Position numbers and translations under genes: made by a program. The notes beneath the pieces were generated by a model. It was not told where the DNA came from. It did no database searches and saw nothing but the letters and a program-made list of their open reading frames with translations. This document shows positions 61,636-64,000 of a stretch of 64,000 bases of DNA, one piece after another (position 1 is the stretch's first letter; each line of letters begins with the position of its first letter). The stretch is from Alphaproteobacteria bacterium (GTDB lineage: Bacteria > Pseudomonadota > Alphaproteobacteria > Bin95): the NCBI GenBank assembly GCA_964291285.2, contig OZ219785.1:224001-288000 (forward strand), given 5' to 3'.

Positions 61636-61944
61636 CGGCTATCGCTCTCCAATCGTCCGGTCGCGGCTATAGGCAAGGCGGCGCGATTGTGTGGCGGAGG
61701 CCGCGCCCTCGAAGCGAGGCGAGGTGCCGTGCATCGCCCACCCCTCGCGATGACCGGGATCGCTCCGCATGTAGGCCCAGGCACCGCATCCCGGTCCGTG
61801 GCTTTGCCGCGGCTCACCGTCCGCCGTCCCGGCAAGCGCCGCCTGGAGGCACGCTGCAGACGGCTTCACCACCACGCGTTCAGCCGGAGCCGGGTCACGT
61901 CGACCTCGATCTCCGCCGGGCTGTCGACCTTCCCCGAGCACGCA

Positions 61945-62241
61945 CTTGCAGCGGTCGGAGGCGACGCGGGGCCGGGAGCCGCCCCGGTTCGTGGCTCGTT
62001 GCCGAGATTGTCTGCGAATATGGGAACCTCACGCAGTTGCAACGCCAGCGGCGAAGCATCCGGTTCCGCCGCTTCAAGGAAGCCGCGCTGGCGCAGTATC
62101 CAGCACGACATGCACCGGCTGCCGACCCCGCAGCATTCCGTTTCGTCGAACCAGCAAGCCAATTCTGCTCGACTGTAGAACATCATGTGTAAAATGTACG
62201 TGTGAGCAATCGATTTTATGATGTCGTTTCAATAAAAATGA
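61945..62241 (-). repeat. Right arm of the 297-bp inverted repeat
   Basis: Reverse complement of 47735-48031. Confidence 0.93.
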
Positions 62242-62242
62242 T

Positions 62243-62766
62243 CCGATCTTCCCTGCGGCATGGCGCACCGCGGTCCCGCCGCCCGGACCCGGGTCCAGAA
62301 GCGATCCAGCCAACCGGAGGTTGGCGGCCGGTCCGTGTGCGCCGCCCCGAACACCCACCGGCCCTTGCGGTCCAGCGCATTCAGGATGTTGCGGGCGGGC
62401 GTGGACAGCCAGACGGTTTTCGATCCCGTCTTGCCGTCTCGGAGGAACAGATGGCCTTCCCGGCAGTCGCGCCATTGCAGGGTGAGGAGTTCGCCCTTGC
62501 GGCAGCCGGTCGGCAGAAGAAGCCGGATGACCGCGACCTGCCGCGGCCGCCGAGGCGCGCGCCTCGTCGATGCTCATGGCGCCGGCATCGCCGACAATCT
62601 TCCAGACACGCTCGCCGCGATGCTGGCACTGGATGAAGAACCGCTTCCTGCCGGTGGGCATCACCCGGACGCCGAAGCCCTTGAGTCTGGCGTCCCGGAT
62701 GTCGTAGGGTGACCTGCGAGGTTTGAGCGCCTCGATGCGGGCGGCGGTAAGGGTAACCTTGGGCAT
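62243..62766 (-). pseudogene. Degenerate tyrosine integrase (arm-binding domain fused out of frame to part of the catalytic domain)
   Basis: MPKVTLTAARIEALKP...DARLKGFGVRVMPTGRKRF...SIDEAR, then in another frame IRLLLPTGCRKGELLTLQW...LRDGKTG...FWTRVR; core-binding domain and HxxR C-terminus missing. Confidence 0.82.
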
Positions 62767-62942
62767 GTCGCTCTCCCGGTTCCAGTTGCTGACGGGGAAG
62801 CGCCAGTGGTGGCATTTGTTCCCCGGTTGCAGTTTTTCGGGAGAAAAAAGCGATGCCATATCAGATAGTTGGTACCACAAGGTGCGTATCCGGTGTCTTC
62901 TTCCGCAAAACCGACGACGATCAGGGAAAGGAACCCCATCCG

Positions 62943-63710
62943 ATGGACCTGCGACTGGCCGGGAAAACCGTGCTCATCACCGGCGCCTCGAAAGGCATCG
63001 GGCTTGCCTGCGCCGAACTCTTCGCGGAGGAAGGCTGCAACCTGCACCTGGTGGCGCGCACCGGGGCCGACCTCGAAGGCGCGCGCGACGCCATCCGCGG
63101 CCGGCACAATGTCGCCGTCACGATCCATCCGCTCGACCTTTCGGACGGCGGCAATGTCAAACGCCTGGTCGCCGAGACCGGCGGAAGCCTGGACATTGTC
63201 GTCAACAATGCGGGCGCCATTCCCGGCGGGCCGATCCACATGATCGACGAGGAGCGCTGGCGCGAGGCCTGGGACCTCAAGGTGTTCGGCTACATCAACA
63301 TGTGCCGTGAGTTCTACCCGGTCTTCAAGGAGAAGGGCGCGGGCGTCATCGTCAATGTCGTGGGCACCGGCGGCGAGCGGCCGAGCGCGGGCTATATCGC
63401 GGGCGCGGGCGGCAATGCCGGGTTGATCGCGTTCACCCGCGCGCTCGGCGGCAAGAGCCCCGATGACGGCTTCCGCATCGTCGGCGTCAATCCGGGCCCG
63501 ATCCTGACCGAGCGCCTCACCACCATCATGCGCGCCCAGGCGCTCGACCAATTGGGCGACGAGGAACGCTGGCAGGAATGCATGCCGACCAACCCGCCGC
63601 CCGGCGAGCCGGAGGACTGCGCCGACCTGGTGGTCTTCCTCGCATCCGACCGCGCGAAGCACATTTCGGGCACCGTCGTCACCATCGACGGCGGCGCCGT
63701 CTCCCGCTAG
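62943..63710 (+). CDS. Short-chain dehydrogenase/reductase
   Basis: LITGASKGIG, VVNNAGAIPGG, WDLKVFGY, VNPGPILTER. Confidence 0.9.
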   Translation: MDLRLAGKTVLITGASKGIGLACAELFAEEGCNLHLVARTGADLEGARDAIRGRHNVAVTIHPLDLSDGGNVKRLVAETGGSLDIVVNNAGAIPGGPIHMIDEERWREAWDLKVFGYINMCREFYPVFKEKGAGVIVNVVGTGGERPSAGYIAGAGGNAGLIAFTRALGGKSPDDGFRIVGVNPGPILTERLTTIMRAQALDQLGDEERWQECMPTNPPPGEPEDCADLVVFLASDRAKHISGTVVTIDGGAVSR

Positions 63711-63725
63711 GAGCCCCGTGACGCC

Positions 63726-64000
63726 ATGAGCAGCAAACTAGAGTTCTTCTTCGACGTCTCCAGCCCGTGGACCTATCTGGCCTTCCACCGCATCGAGGAC
63801 TTCTGCGACGAGCTGGAGCTGGATCTTGTCTGGAAGCCGTTCCTGGTCGGCGGCGTCTTCAACAAGGTCAATCCCAGCGTCTATCAGCGCCGCGAGAATC
63901 CGGTCCCGCCCAAGGACGCCTACTACCGCAAGGACATGGACGACTGGGCCCGCTACGAGGGCATCGAGATCGGCAAGCCCTCGGTCTTCCCGGTCAACTC
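63726..64000 (+). CDS. 2-hydroxychromene-2-carboxylate isomerase / DsbA family protein (3' end outside the window)
   Basis: MSSKLEFFFDVSSPWTYLAF...WKPFLVGGVFN...FPVN. Confidence 0.85.
   Translation, partial: MSSKLEFFFDVSSPWTYLAFHRIEDFCDELELDLVWKPFLVGGVFNKVNPSVYQRRENPVPPKDAYYRKDMDDWARYEGIEIGKPSVFPVN

Overview
High-GC bacterial chromosomal segment, most likely alphaproteobacterial (phoR-pstSCAB-phoU-phoB order, Zn-ribbon DinB, TRAP/TAXI transporters). Bases 1-47000 are mostly housekeeping, transport and redox genes (glmS 3' end, ruvX, pho/pst, ggt, two RND pairs, two TRAP systems, rpmG, dinB). They are interrupted by two copies each of an IS1634-like element and an IS110 (IS621-like) element. 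The IS110 left end contains a readable bridge RNA whose guide segments match its own circle junction and both insertion sites. The most notable region is a ~14.5 kb island (47735-62241) enclosed by a 297-bp near-perfect inverted repeat, next to a broken tyrosine integrase. It encodes an NHLP-leader (proteusin-type) RiPP system: a precursor with a predicted 6-residue core WCCCGT, the three-gene NHLP exporter/peptidase, an MMPL transporter, two related SAM methyltransferases and an unannotated 372-aa protein that I infer may be an ABBA-fold prenyltransferase. No YcaO, LanM or radical-SAM maturase is present. An IS256 sits just upstream of the precursor. A dispersed non-coding module (promoter, hairpins, 10-bp-periodic CATGACA arrays) occurs twice. 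All calls come from reading the sequence and recognising motifs; no database searches were run.
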